From positions 1 to 64,000 of IMG/VR virus record IMGVR_UViG_3300029286_000018: a DNA stretch of 64,000 nt; one strand, 5' to 3'. A model generated the notes under the pieces. That model saw only the letters and a list, made by a program, of their open reading frames with translations. It ran no database searches and had not been told where the DNA came from. The position numbers and the translations under genes are program-made. Shown piece after piece: positions 28,137-37,700 of the stretch; the stretch's first letter is position 1; every line of letters begins with the position of its first letter. The stretch comes from a virus.

Positions 28137-28735
28137 TAGAATTAATTAAAGAAATTATTTTAACAGCACAAAGCTTAGAGGTTAAGGGTCTAAGTAAGTA
28201 TGCAGATAAACTAGATTCTGCTGCAGAGTCTTTGACTTTGGTCAAGCAGGCTCAATACGATGGCATTCAAGGCTATTGGATTCGCAATGGGCGTTGTTTT
28301 GATAATTGCTATAGAGAAAAACGCACCAATCAAGCTAAGAAAAGCGCTCAAGAGGTATGGACTGAATGTCACAGTGAGTGGCTTGATTCTCTTATGAAAA
28401 ACAGTTCTGACTGGGATAAGTATGCTTCAGACTCTTCTGGAGAAATGCGAAAAGTGGCATCTGTAAAAACAGCTCAAGTTTCTGATGAAGTTATGAATAG
28501 TGAAATTATGGAAAAAGTTACTAATGGCATTTCTATTTCTGATGCTGTTCCAATGACTGTGGCAGAGCGCATGTTTAGCGTTCCCTGGAAATTGGCTCAA
28601 GTTAGCAATGATGTGCTTGATATTGCGCGTGAAGTTTCCGACAAGGATCCAGCAGTGTCTGAACGTCTTTACGGGTTTGCGGATAGAATTAGGCAAGAAA
28701 GTCTTAATAATTATAAAGACTGCCTGATATCATAA
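28133..28735 (+). CDS. Hypothetical protein, putative head protein
   Basis: Five KxA[SQ] motifs (KQAQ, KYAS, KVAS, KTAQ, KLAQ). Confidence 0.6.
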   Translation: MIELIKEIILTAQSLEVKGLSKYADKLDSAAESLTLVKQAQYDGIQGYWIRNGRCFDNCYREKRTNQAKKSAQEVWTECHSEWLDSLMKNSSDWDKYASDSSGEMRKVASVKTAQVSDEVMNSEIMEKVTNGISISDAVPMTVAERMFSVPWKLAQVSNDVLDIAREVSDKDPAVSERLYGFADRIRQESLNNYKDCLIS

Positions 28736-28768
28736 AGGAAAATGTAAAAAATTTAACAAACATAATAC
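28736..28768 (+). promoter_or_regulatory. Candidate late promoter AAGGA-N23/24-AATA
   Basis: Same spacing recurs at ~34275, ~43875, ~60631 and (AATG variant) ~36102, each upstream of a gene start. Confidence 0.4.
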
Positions 28769-28786
28769 ATTACGGAGGTATTAAAA

Positions 28787-29482
28787 ATGCAATTCTTTTC
28801 TAACAAAATTTATGTGAACGGTTCTAACAAGTCCTTTCAGGACATCATCAACGATGTGAAAGGCACAGGTATGGTCAAAGAAGCATCCAAGAAGATGCCA
28901 GCTGAGCTTATAGAGAATTTTAAGTCAGACAAGTCTGACAAGTCTGGCAAGTCAGGTGTTTCTGGCAAGTCAGGTGTTTCTGGCAAGTCTGGCAAGTCAG
29001 GCGTTTCTGGCAAGTCAGGTAAGTCAGAGCTAACTTCTGCTCAAAAGAAGCTTCCTCCTGCATTGCAGAAGGCAATAATGAACAAGAAGAAGGCAGATTC
29101 AGAATCTAGTCTTAAGATCGCTTCTATTGAAAAGGTTAACGATAATGAAGTTCTTTTAACCTTGGCTCAATGCAAGCCAATGTCTGGCAAGGTTGAATCA
29201 GACGTTGTTATCGATAGCGGTGATTTTGAAGAGTCTGACATGTCTGGTCACTCAGGCAAGTCAGGCAAGTCAGGTCATTCTGGAATGCATTCTGGAATGC
29301 ACAAGGAAGAGTGCGGTAGTAATATGGTGATGTCTGATTATTCTGCCAAGTCTGCTGGCGCAGAGCCAAAGTTTGTCAAAATTGCTAATCTAACAGACAA
29401 GCAAAAGGGACATTTCCGTAAGTATTGGGGAGATGTATGGCCGAAGGAATTTATTGACGCAATCTTATCCACACAGAACTGA
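28787..29482 (+). CDS. Low-complexity putative internal head protein
   Basis: GGAGG RBS; SGK/SGV/SGH tripeptide runs; KEAS, KIAS, KIAN motifs. Confidence 0.65.
   Translation: MQFFSNKIYVNGSNKSFQDIINDVKGTGMVKEASKKMPAELIENFKSDKSDKSGKSGVSGKSGVSGKSGKSGVSGKSGKSELTSAQKKLPPALQKAIMNKKKADSESSLKIASIEKVNDNEVLLTLAQCKPMSGKVESDVVIDSGDFEESDMSGHSGKSGKSGHSGMHSGMHKEECGSNMVMSDYSAKSAGAEPKFVKIANLTDKQKGHFRKYWGDVWPKEFIDAILSTQN
28924..29027 (+). repeat. 9-bp coding tandem repeat (SDK/SGK/SGV)
   Basis: TCTGGCAAG / TCAGGTGTT units; a second run at ~29243-29302. Confidence 0.8.
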
Positions 29483-29491
29483 GAGGTTTGA

Positions 29492-30103
29492 ATGGCAATT
29501 CTGCCTGTAGGAATTAGAAAACAAATGCAAACACAGATGTTCAGGACGGCGCAGCAATCTGCGCCTCCTGAACCATCTTCTGTTTATATGCAAACCGGAG
29601 CATCTGCTCCAATGAGTTCGTCTCAGAATCTAAATGACGATTCTTCTAGCAAATCTGGAGACATTGACATTCGAGAGTTTGTCACTAATGTTCTTGTACA
29701 AGAGTTAGGAGTCCCTCAAAGAATTCTTGATAAAAAACTCGATAATTTAGTTAGTTATTCAATTGATTCAAACGGCGAAGTGAAAGGCTTTTTTATAATT
29801 CCAGTTCATACTGGTCAAAAGAAAGTCACACTCAGTGAAGCTCAAAAAATTGTTTCTTCTTTCTGCTCACAGTTTAATGTTGATTGTGATATTGAACACG
29901 GTAAAAATTTCAAAGTTAATTTTAAGAGTGTCCCCAAGTCAAAGCCAGCAGATATGAGTGGAGATGATGAGGGTAGCTTGCAGTTCGTGCCAGATGAAAA
30001 ATCTGGTACTAAAAAGGTTGCTTCAAGTATTTTTGAAGAACAGTTCGAAATGCGCAAGAATATGCTTGCAGATACGCTCAAAAGACTAGGATACACCAAA
30101 TGA
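29492..30103 (+). CDS. Hypothetical protein, putative head protein
   Basis: GAGG RBS; RTAQ and KVAS motifs flank a globular core. Confidence 0.6.
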   Translation: MAILPVGIRKQMQTQMFRTAQQSAPPEPSSVYMQTGASAPMSSSQNLNDDSSSKSGDIDIREFVTNVLVQELGVPQRILDKKLDNLVSYSIDSNGEVKGFFIIPVHTGQKKVTLSEAQKIVSSFCSQFNVDCDIEHGKNFKVNFKSVPKSKPADMSGDDEGSLQFVPDEKSGTKKVASSIFEEQFEMRKNMLADTLKRLGYTK

Positions 30104-30744
30104 TTTTTAAGAATAAAGACTTCAGTATATCTTCTTTGTTTGGAGAAAAGCCTCAACCGAAAGAGTCAAAACCAGTTGACCCAGCTATTTTGGAGGCTTT
30201 TTTTAGAAAGCAAACTAGCAAGTCTGCTGGTGGGGATCAAGGTGGATTAATATCCAAAAGTATATTGAGATCATCTTCATCGCAGGACTTAAATGTTCCT
30301 GGAGAAGCTTTTGTTGGTAAAAGTTCTGCTCGTTCAATTTTTTCTCCACAGTCTACCCCAATTGAAAAATCTGTTGATCGTTCAGTTTCTCGTATCTCTG
30401 AGTTTCTTCCTGATATTAAGCAAGAAGTCCCATCAGATGTTGCTGATGACTTGATGAAGTTCAAGGGTAATTTTTCTGAAGCTTCAAAAGCTGCAGGTTC
30501 TCACGGTTCTGTGCGCACAGATCGAATAAGTATGTTTGACGAGGGTGCTTTTGATAGATTGCAGAAACCAGAGACAGAGAAGAAAGCAGCAAAGGTTGTT
30601 GAAGAAAAGAAAATTTCTAAGGCGATGAGAGCGACAGATATTGCTAACTCAATGTGGTCAAAACTTTCTGATGACAATTCAGCAAAAGGCAAGATGTCGA
30701 GAGAGCGTGCAATCGATAAATTATTTGGAGACAATAATGCCTAA
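30100..30744 (+). CDS. Hypothetical protein
   Basis: ATGA-coupled intact ORF, Ser/Lys-rich. Confidence 0.6.
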   Translation: MIFKNKDFSISSLFGEKPQPKESKPVDPAILEAFFRKQTSKSAGGDQGGLISKSILRSSSSQDLNVPGEAFVGKSSARSIFSPQSTPIEKSVDRSVSRISEFLPDIKQEVPSDVADDLMKFKGNFSEASKAAGSHGSVRTDRISMFDEGAFDRLQKPETEKKAAKVVEEKKISKAMRATDIANSMWSKLSDDNSAKGKMSRERAIDKLFGDNNA

Positions 30745-31795
30745 ATTTAATCTTTTTAAGTTGGCACAAGCACAGCCTGGCCAGTTTAATATGAGCCAGC
30801 CAGTGATTCAAGGAGCCATGGAATCTGTTACTCCAGAGGGAACTACTGAGGAGTCGCTAGAAGATGGTGCTGGTATGGGCATGGAAGGTGATACTCAGCT
30901 GTTGATGAATCCCGGTCAGTCTGATGTTGACTCAGAAATAGAGACTTTGTCAGTTCCACTATTTGAAAACCATGTGCAGATGTATGAAAAGTTAAAATCT
31001 ATGTCTACCGGAGATACAAAATCTTCGATGAACGCTGCATGGAATAATTATTTTGCACCTACTATCGGTGAAACTGAAATTGGCGATGATTTTAAATCTG
31101 GTTTGGGACAATTTTTTGACACTGATCCTGATTCTGAAGATGCAGTTGATATTGCTAATCGCCTTTATGACATGTACGCCAAGATTCATCCTTCCCATAA
31201 GGGTTCAGAGGCTGAGCAAGAGACAATTAATGAAGAGTTAGATGTAGCTACTGCTAGTACATTAGATGTCATCAAAATGGCTCAAAAAATGGCTAAGTCA
31301 CAAGTGCAAAAAATGGCAACAGGATCTTTTAATCTTAAGAAGATTGCTCAGCATAAGGGACTTGACTCTTCTAATGTTATTACTGGTCCATCTCAGACAT
31401 CTTTAAGCCCATTCACTCGTGACATTCAGGGCGGTATGCACTTAATCGAGCAGAACAAAGGGTTTGGACTTAAGATTGATGACATTCTTGACATTAACTT
31501 TGAAGCAATTTGGCGTGGTAATATTATGGATAAATATAATCAGCCATATCGTGACGAACAAGGTAATTATGTTGGTGGTTATATAAATAGAAGATTTGAA
31601 GTTGATCGTAATATTCCAGTTGGTAATAATTTGCAGCTTCTTCCAGGAACCCGTCATCGTCCATGGATGCCAGAATATTCTATTCTTGAGTCTCGCATGG
31701 AGTCTGCTAGAGGAAATAAGGATAAGTTAATTAATCCTTTTACTTTTGCAAAAGTCTCTATTGGCCCATTTAACTTAAAAAAAAAGAGCAAGTAA
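30737..31795 (+). CDS. Putative head protein upstream of portal; ends in slippery A-run
   Basis: GGAG RBS before ATG 30737 (MPKFNLFKLAQ); FNLKKIAQ internal; ends TTA AAA AAA AAG AGC AAG TAA. Confidence 0.7.
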   Translation: MPKFNLFKLAQAQPGQFNMSQPVIQGAMESVTPEGTTEESLEDGAGMGMEGDTQLLMNPGQSDVDSEIETLSVPLFENHVQMYEKLKSMSTGDTKSSMNAAWNNYFAPTIGETEIGDDFKSGLGQFFDTDPDSEDAVDIANRLYDMYAKIHPSHKGSEAEQETINEELDVATASTLDVIKMAQKMAKSQVQKMATGSFNLKKIAQHKGLDSSNVITGPSQTSLSPFTRDIQGGMHLIEQNKGFGLKIDDILDINFEAIWRGNIMDKYNQPYRDEQGNYVGGYINRRFEVDRNIPVGNNLQLLPGTRHRPWMPEYSILESRMESARGNKDKLINPFTFAKVSIGPFNLKKKSK

Positions 31796-32004
31796 AAATT
31801 AAGACTGCCAGTAAGTCTGGTTACAACAGAGCTCTGGACAGAGCTTTCTCTTTTGGGGCACCCGATAAAAGTACTATGTATGCAAGGCAGAAAAAAGTCT
31901 GCCCTGTATGCAATTCGGATAATTCTGCGGACACATCTAAAAACCAAGGAAAATGTGTCAACTGCGGATTTGATTTAAGTAAAGTTCAGGTCACAAGAGT
32001 ATAA
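31786..32004 (+). CDS. -1 frame extension encoding a Zn ribbon (not in ORF track)
   Basis: Open frame EQVKIKTASKSGYNRALD...KVCPVCNSDN...GKCVNCGFDLSKVQVTRV starting at A_AAA_AAG (31780-31786) and ending 3 nt before the portal ATG. Confidence 0.6.
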   Translation, partial: EQVKIKTASKSGYNRALDRAFSFGAPDKSTMYARQKKVCPVCNSDNSADTSKNQGKCVNCGFDLSKVQVTRV

Positions 32005-32007
32005 TAA

Positions 32008-34260
32008 ATGGCAAAACAAACTAAAACACCTCAAGATAATATCGTTGAGCTCAATATTACTGACAATAAAAGATATGCTTCATCTGGCTCTGTGCATCTA
32101 CCATTGACAAAAGCTGCACAATATATGGGTGGTAATGCTGGTACGATTTTTACACAGCCAATGTTTTTCAGTCCGTTGCATACGCCACAAAATTGGCAAA
32201 TTGCAAGTAAGCGCAAAGAAGTTTATCAATGGGCTCGTTTCTATTATGAGAATGAACCAAAGGCTGCTGCAGGTATAGACTTCTACGCTGGTTTCCCAAT
32301 GAATGGCTTATCTTTGGAATGCAAGGACAAAAAGATTCTTGCATATTACGAGCATACAATTGAAAAAATAAATCTTGAGTATTGGCTAAGAAAAATAAGC
32401 CATGAATACTTTTTGCTTGGTGATGCATTTGTGTTTACGGAAATTGCATGTCCAGTATGTAATGGGGTAGGTCATCTTTCTAACGGCAATATATGTAATC
32501 ACCCTGATGGTACTATCAAGAGACTTTTAGTTTTAAACCCAGATTTTATTGAAGTTCAAAGTACTCAGTTAGCTGACGAGCCAAGCGTTGCTCTTATCCC
32601 AGATGATGACTTAAAGAGAGTTTGTCAGCAAAAGAAGCCTAAGCAAGTTTATGATCGTATTCCAGAAAATATAAAAGAGTACGTTATGTCTGGTAGGCCA
32701 ATCCCATTAAGTCCTAGATGTATTAGTCACTTAAGACATAAGGGCTCACCATACGGTACTTATGGTGAAAGTTTGTTGCGTAGACTATTTACTATTATTG
32801 CTTATAAAACTAAATTAATGACAGCAAACTGGATTATGGCAGAGCGTCATATTCTTCCTGTAAGAGTTGTTAAAGTTGGTAATGCAGAGCGTCCTGCTTC
32901 TGAAATTGACATTGCAGACGTTCAGGGTCAGCTCGCTGCTGTTGCAAACGATCCTAATTTGACTATTGTTACACACCATGCATTTGAAATGGATTTCATA
33001 GGAGCTACAGGCAAGATACATGATATCAGCAATCAGATGGAGATGATTGGTAAAGAAATGCTCGATGGTCTTATGCTTCCCCAGACGTTGTTGAATGGCG
33101 AAATGGCTGCATATAGTGCTGCTGCAGTGGGCGTTGAGACTCTTATCCGTAGATTAGAAACATGGAGACTAGAGCTTGGCGAATGGGTTGCTAAAAATGT
33201 ATTCCTGCCAATAGCACAGATGCAGGGTTTTGTTGATACTCAAAAGAGCAAGCTAGTTGGTGAAACAGTTTGGCTATACCCTACAATCAAATGGAACGAC
33301 TTACGCCTAAGAGACAACTCTCAGTATTTGCAGTCACTCATGCAGCTCCACGACAAAGGTCTTATTTCAACTCAGAAATTGCTTACTGAATTCAATATTG
33401 ACTTTGATCAAGAAGTTAATCGCTTGCGGGAAGAACAGATCACTGCAGGTAAGGGCGGTCAGGTCGTTGGCGGACCTCCGGGTGGCGGCGGCGGTGGTCT
33501 TGACCTTGGCTTGGGCGGTGCTCCTAGCGCTGGTGGACTTGATCTTGGCTTAGGTGGCGGTGGTGGTCTTCCTCCTGGGCTGGGAGCGCCTCCTGGTGGC
33601 GGTCCTCCGGGTGGCGATGCCCTAATGGGTGGCCAACCACCAATGGGGGCACCAATGGGAGCGGCAGCAGCTTCTGAGGAAGATATGACCAAGGTCGCAC
33701 AAATGATGCCAGATCCATCTGGTATGTCTATAGAGTCTGGCCGTATCTATAAAAAGGGCAGGGAGCCAAAAAAGAAAAAGGACGAACAGGTTGACCAGTC
33801 TCAAAAAATATTTCTAACAAAGCCTGAGCAAAAGCTTTATCAAATAATTCGTTCTTTAAATATTCCATTGCGTTTGTTTGCTCAATATCAGCAGCATGTT
33901 GCTGGCAATCAGAATGCGTTTATGCTTGACTTTGCATTCCCGGATATTATGTTAAATTTGGAAGCTGATGGAGATTTCTGGCACTCAGACTTTGATGCTT
34001 TAGAAAGAGATAAGGAACGTGATCTAAAGCTTGCATCGCTCGGATGGCGTGTGGTTCGTATACGCGAAAGTGCGCTAAATACAAACGCTCAAATGGTAAC
34101 GCAGGTTGTTATAAATAATATTAAAGAAGCAATTGCACAGCGTAAGGCAATGATGGCTAAACGTGCAAGCGTTGAGGACGAAAGTATTGCCTACGAAGAC
34201 GGAGAAGACGTAAAAATTGCGTTTCAAAATTTAATATATCATAATGAGGATAATGATTAA
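32008..34260 (+). CDS. Portal protein with Gly/Pro linker and C-terminal DUF559/Vsr-like endonuclease domain
   Basis: Position between terL and protease; portal-like EYFLLGDAF, LNPD.IEV, HL....SPY..YG.S; C-terminal TKPE...LDFAF...LEADGDFWH...D.ERD..L..LGWRVVRI.E. Confidence 0.8.
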   Translation: MAKQTKTPQDNIVELNITDNKRYASSGSVHLPLTKAAQYMGGNAGTIFTQPMFFSPLHTPQNWQIASKRKEVYQWARFYYENEPKAAAGIDFYAGFPMNGLSLECKDKKILAYYEHTIEKINLEYWLRKISHEYFLLGDAFVFTEIACPVCNGVGHLSNGNICNHPDGTIKRLLVLNPDFIEVQSTQLADEPSVALIPDDDLKRVCQQKKPKQVYDRIPENIKEYVMSGRPIPLSPRCISHLRHKGSPYGTYGESLLRRLFTIIAYKTKLMTANWIMAERHILPVRVVKVGNAERPASEIDIADVQGQLAAVANDPNLTIVTHHAFEMDFIGATGKIHDISNQMEMIGKEMLDGLMLPQTLLNGEMAAYSAAAVGVETLIRRLETWRLELGEWVAKNVFLPIAQMQGFVDTQKSKLVGETVWLYPTIKWNDLRLRDNSQYLQSLMQLHDKGLISTQKLLTEFNIDFDQEVNRLREEQITAGKGGQVVGGPPGGGGGGLDLGLGGAPSAGGLDLGLGGGGGLPPGLGAPPGGGPPGGDALMGGQPPMGAPMGAAAASEEDMTKVAQMMPDPSGMSIESGRIYKKGREPKKKKDEQVDQSQKIFLTKPEQKLYQIIRSLNIPLRLFAQYQQHVAGNQNAFMLDFAFPDIMLNLEADGDFWHSDFDALERDKERDLKLASLGWRVVRIRESALNTNAQMVTQVVINNIKEAIAQRKAMMAKRASVEDESIAYEDGEDVKIAFQNLIYHNEDND

Positions 34261-34319
34261 AATATTTCAAAACAAAGGAAAAATTTTAATTATTATAAAA
34301 TGAATACCTTAGATTCATT

Positions 34320-34733
34320 ATGATAAAAATAGCTGGTAAGCGTATAAAAGATCGCCATATTAATTGGCAAGAGCACTACTCGGAAAGAACAGAACCTTTG
34401 CGTGATCGTTATTGGTCTGAATTAGGCACTGGTTCTTATCGTAGATGGGAAGGTCATGACTATACAACGAATAGTGATTATTACGTTGTTTGCAGTCCTG
34501 CTCAAACTAAATACGGAGAAAAATCTTACTTTGCTGGTATTAAAAAATTACCACCCGCTTCGGTTCGTGAAACTACAAAAGTGTATTCTCCATATGGTAA
34601 GTACTTTAGTAGCATGGCTGCTGCTTTGAGTTTTTTAAAAGACAAGTATGGTGTACCTTGGCCAAAAGATCAAGTGAATTACATGTCAGCGCAATTGCAA
34701 AATATTGAAATCCCTAGATTCGTGAAGGCATAA
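34320..34733 (+). CDS. Hypothetical protein, putative head protein
   Basis: Starts MIKIAG; lies between portal and protease. Confidence 0.6.
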   Translation: MIKIAGKRIKDRHINWQEHYSERTEPLRDRYWSELGTGSYRRWEGHDYTTNSDYYVVCSPAQTKYGEKSYFAGIKKLPPASVRETTKVYSPYGKYFSSMAAALSFLKDKYGVPWPKDQVNYMSAQLQNIEIPRFVKA

Positions 34734-34739
34734 AATATT

Positions 34740-37700
34740 ATGGATAAATTTACAATAACTACTGAACGTCAAATTGAACCTTTGAACATTCCACAGCATT
34801 GGGATGAAATAAATATTTCTCCTATTACAAAATATGCATCAAATGATAAGGTCTTTGAGGAGAGAGTGAAGGGCATGGATTTAGGCGGCTTTAACATTGT
34901 AAAAGAAGTCAAAGAACATCCAGAGCATTTATTTGTAAAAGTATTTGCAATTAAGAAAGATGAAGTAAATGATAATGGAGATTACTTTAGTGAAAAAGAA
35001 CTAAAGAAAGCTGCAAAAACATTTATTGGTGTTCCTGTATTTGTCAATCATCAGAACGATGATATTGAAAAAGCAAGAGGAAAAGTTGTACATGCTTGGT
35101 GGGATGATGAGCGTGGTGGTATTTATACAATTAATATGGTTGATAAAGTTGCATATCCACGTCTTGCAAGAGGAATAGAGGCTGGATACGTCACAGGTAG
35201 CTCCATGGGGTGTTCAGTCAAGTATAGCGCCTGTTCAGTTTGCCATACTCGTGCAGCAAATGCAAAAGAATATTGCTCACATATTAAGGAAAGAAAAAAG
35301 AAGAATTTTACTGGAGAACATGAGTGTCTTTATCACAAAAGCGCTAACTCTGGTGATGAACCATGTCCTGTTTGTGGTTCTGAAAAAGGAAAGAAGAAAT
35401 TAAACAAGTACGCAAGTCAACAGATATTTGAGCATAATTATGATGTTAAGTTTATTGAGGATAGCTTTGTAGTTAATCCTGCATGTCATGATTGCTTGGT
35501 AAGTGACATCATAAATCCAAGCGCTTTGTTTAAGAAAGTTGCCGACATTAGAGAGACTATTTCAAAGCTTGGTTTTGTAGTCGAATCAGATTCATCTTTT
35601 GGCATAGAATGCTCTACTGGCCAGTGCGGCTTACACAAGGCTGCTGGTAAGCAGGAGTTAAATGAACTTAATGATGCCATGAATCAATTGGAGCGTGTCG
35701 CTCGTTCAATGATGGCTCAGAAAAATAAGGTTAGCTTAGAGTATGTTTCTGATATTATTAAAGTTACTGCAGATATACAGAAAATATCAGATGAATTAGT
35801 TGAAATGGGTTATGCAGTATTACCAAGTCCAACTTCTGAGCAGGTTGCTTATGGAACAAACGTGCAGGCAAGTCCTGTTGTTGGTCCATCTTCTGCAGTA
35901 CAAACACCTATTTCAGCTATGCCAAAGCCGTCTTCAGGAGCTCAGCCCTCTGCTCAGCCATCATTAGCAATGCCACCACAACAGGCTGCTCCGATGATGA
36001 AAACTGTTCCCGGCACAGTGTCTCCACAGGTTCAGGATCTTGGTGATGACATTGGACGAGTAACAAGACCAAATTTTGTTCCAGTTCGTGCAGATTCCGC
36101 AAAGGATTTTATTAAAATATCTAATAGTATAATGAACAGGCTCTCGGAAATTGCGGGAGTTTTAAATATTAATGGAGAGTTTATGTCTGAAAATTCAGGA
36201 TACAAATACACACAAGGTGATGATACAATTGTAATTTCCTCTGATGTAGATGGGGAAATTCACGTTGCTCATCTGAACCAGGATCGCTTGCTCAAGTGGG
36301 CAAGCATAGATTCATTTGATAATGAAACTCAAAGTTTAATAACTCACAATCCGCAACAAGCCGCTCGTAAAATACTTTCTTCATATATGAACAACAATAA
36401 TTCAGAGGAGTCAATTATTTCCATGGAAAACAACAATAAGATCGCACAGTCTCAGACTAATGATGTACACGAAGTTACCACCGAATCCCAACTCAATAGT
36501 GTTAAGGGTCTTGGCAGGCGTCAAGGAGAAGCCCCCACTGGTACTACTGAGAGCAAAGAGCAGCTTGGCTCTGGCAAGGTTTACTTCAAGGACGTGAACA
36601 GCGAGTCTCCCACCGCTCATCGTGGAACCTATGATTCCATCGTTGAGTCTACTCTGAATTCTAAGACTGGTGGATACATGGCGAGATGGGGTTCTTTCCC
36701 AGAGGTCATTACTGAGGCTCAATGGGACGACTTGTCTCGCGAAGTTAAGGCCAACATTCCTTCTGACTGGACATCCGTTGCTAAGGAAGGTCAGCTCGAT
36801 GCCTTGCGCTCCACATTCAGCTGGTCAGAGCCAACAGCAACCACAGAATCACAACTGTCAGGAAAGATGAAAAAGAAGGCTTCTGCCAAGGATCTTATTA
36901 AGGTCGCTCAGTCTGCAGTTGCTGATGCCATGGCATTCTATGGTGTTGGAATTGAAGACATTCAGAAGAGTGTCCAATTTGTGAACTCAGATTCTTCTCG
37001 TAAGTTTAAGTCAAAGGTTATGGTTGCACTAAATGCTGCTCCATGGGCAGTTAACGCACGTAAGGCTTACAATAGTCGTCTTGCTTCATTCTCTAAGGTT
37101 GCTTCAGAAGTTTATGGACTTGAGCCAGTTGATGCAGTTCTTGCAGCAATTGGAGACAGTCTCGACAACAATGGCGCAGAGGACGTTCTCGCTGCAGTTA
37201 CATTTGTTGCAGGCAACAAGTTGGCAATGCAGCAGGCAGAAGATTTGGCAGTTGAAAGATTTGAGTCTACTGTTTCTGGAAATAGTAATGAAGAAGACAT
37301 GTTCCGTCAGGCCTTCAGTGAGCTTTCTCTCCCAGAGGATGGTCTTATTAAGGTTTGTATGAGCGCTCAAGATGATTTGGGAATGGATGTTTCAGGAGAC
37401 AAGTCATTCATTGATGCAGTTCATAAGTTTGCGCAGAATATGGTCAGCGAAAATCTTGGCAAGCAAGTTGAAGTCGTTCCAGTCGCAGTTGATGTTGATG
37501 AGGAAAACGGACTTGTTGAAGCTACTTGCAAGCTTGCATCTAAACTCACTGATCAGGAAAAACAAGCTTTTAGCAAGTGGGCATCTTCCGCTGAGGAAGC
37601 AACCAAGCAGGCTGAAGTAATAGAAGAAGTCGAAGAAACCAAGTTTGAGAATAAGCGTGCTTCCTTGATTAAGGAACTTAATCAACTAGAGAAGCGTGCT

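Noticed and set aside
31654-31947. Minus-strand 97-aa ORF in the gap before portal
   Set aside because: The plus-strand -1 frame encodes a clear CxxC-CxxC ribbon and the phage's KxA motif, which explains the gap better.
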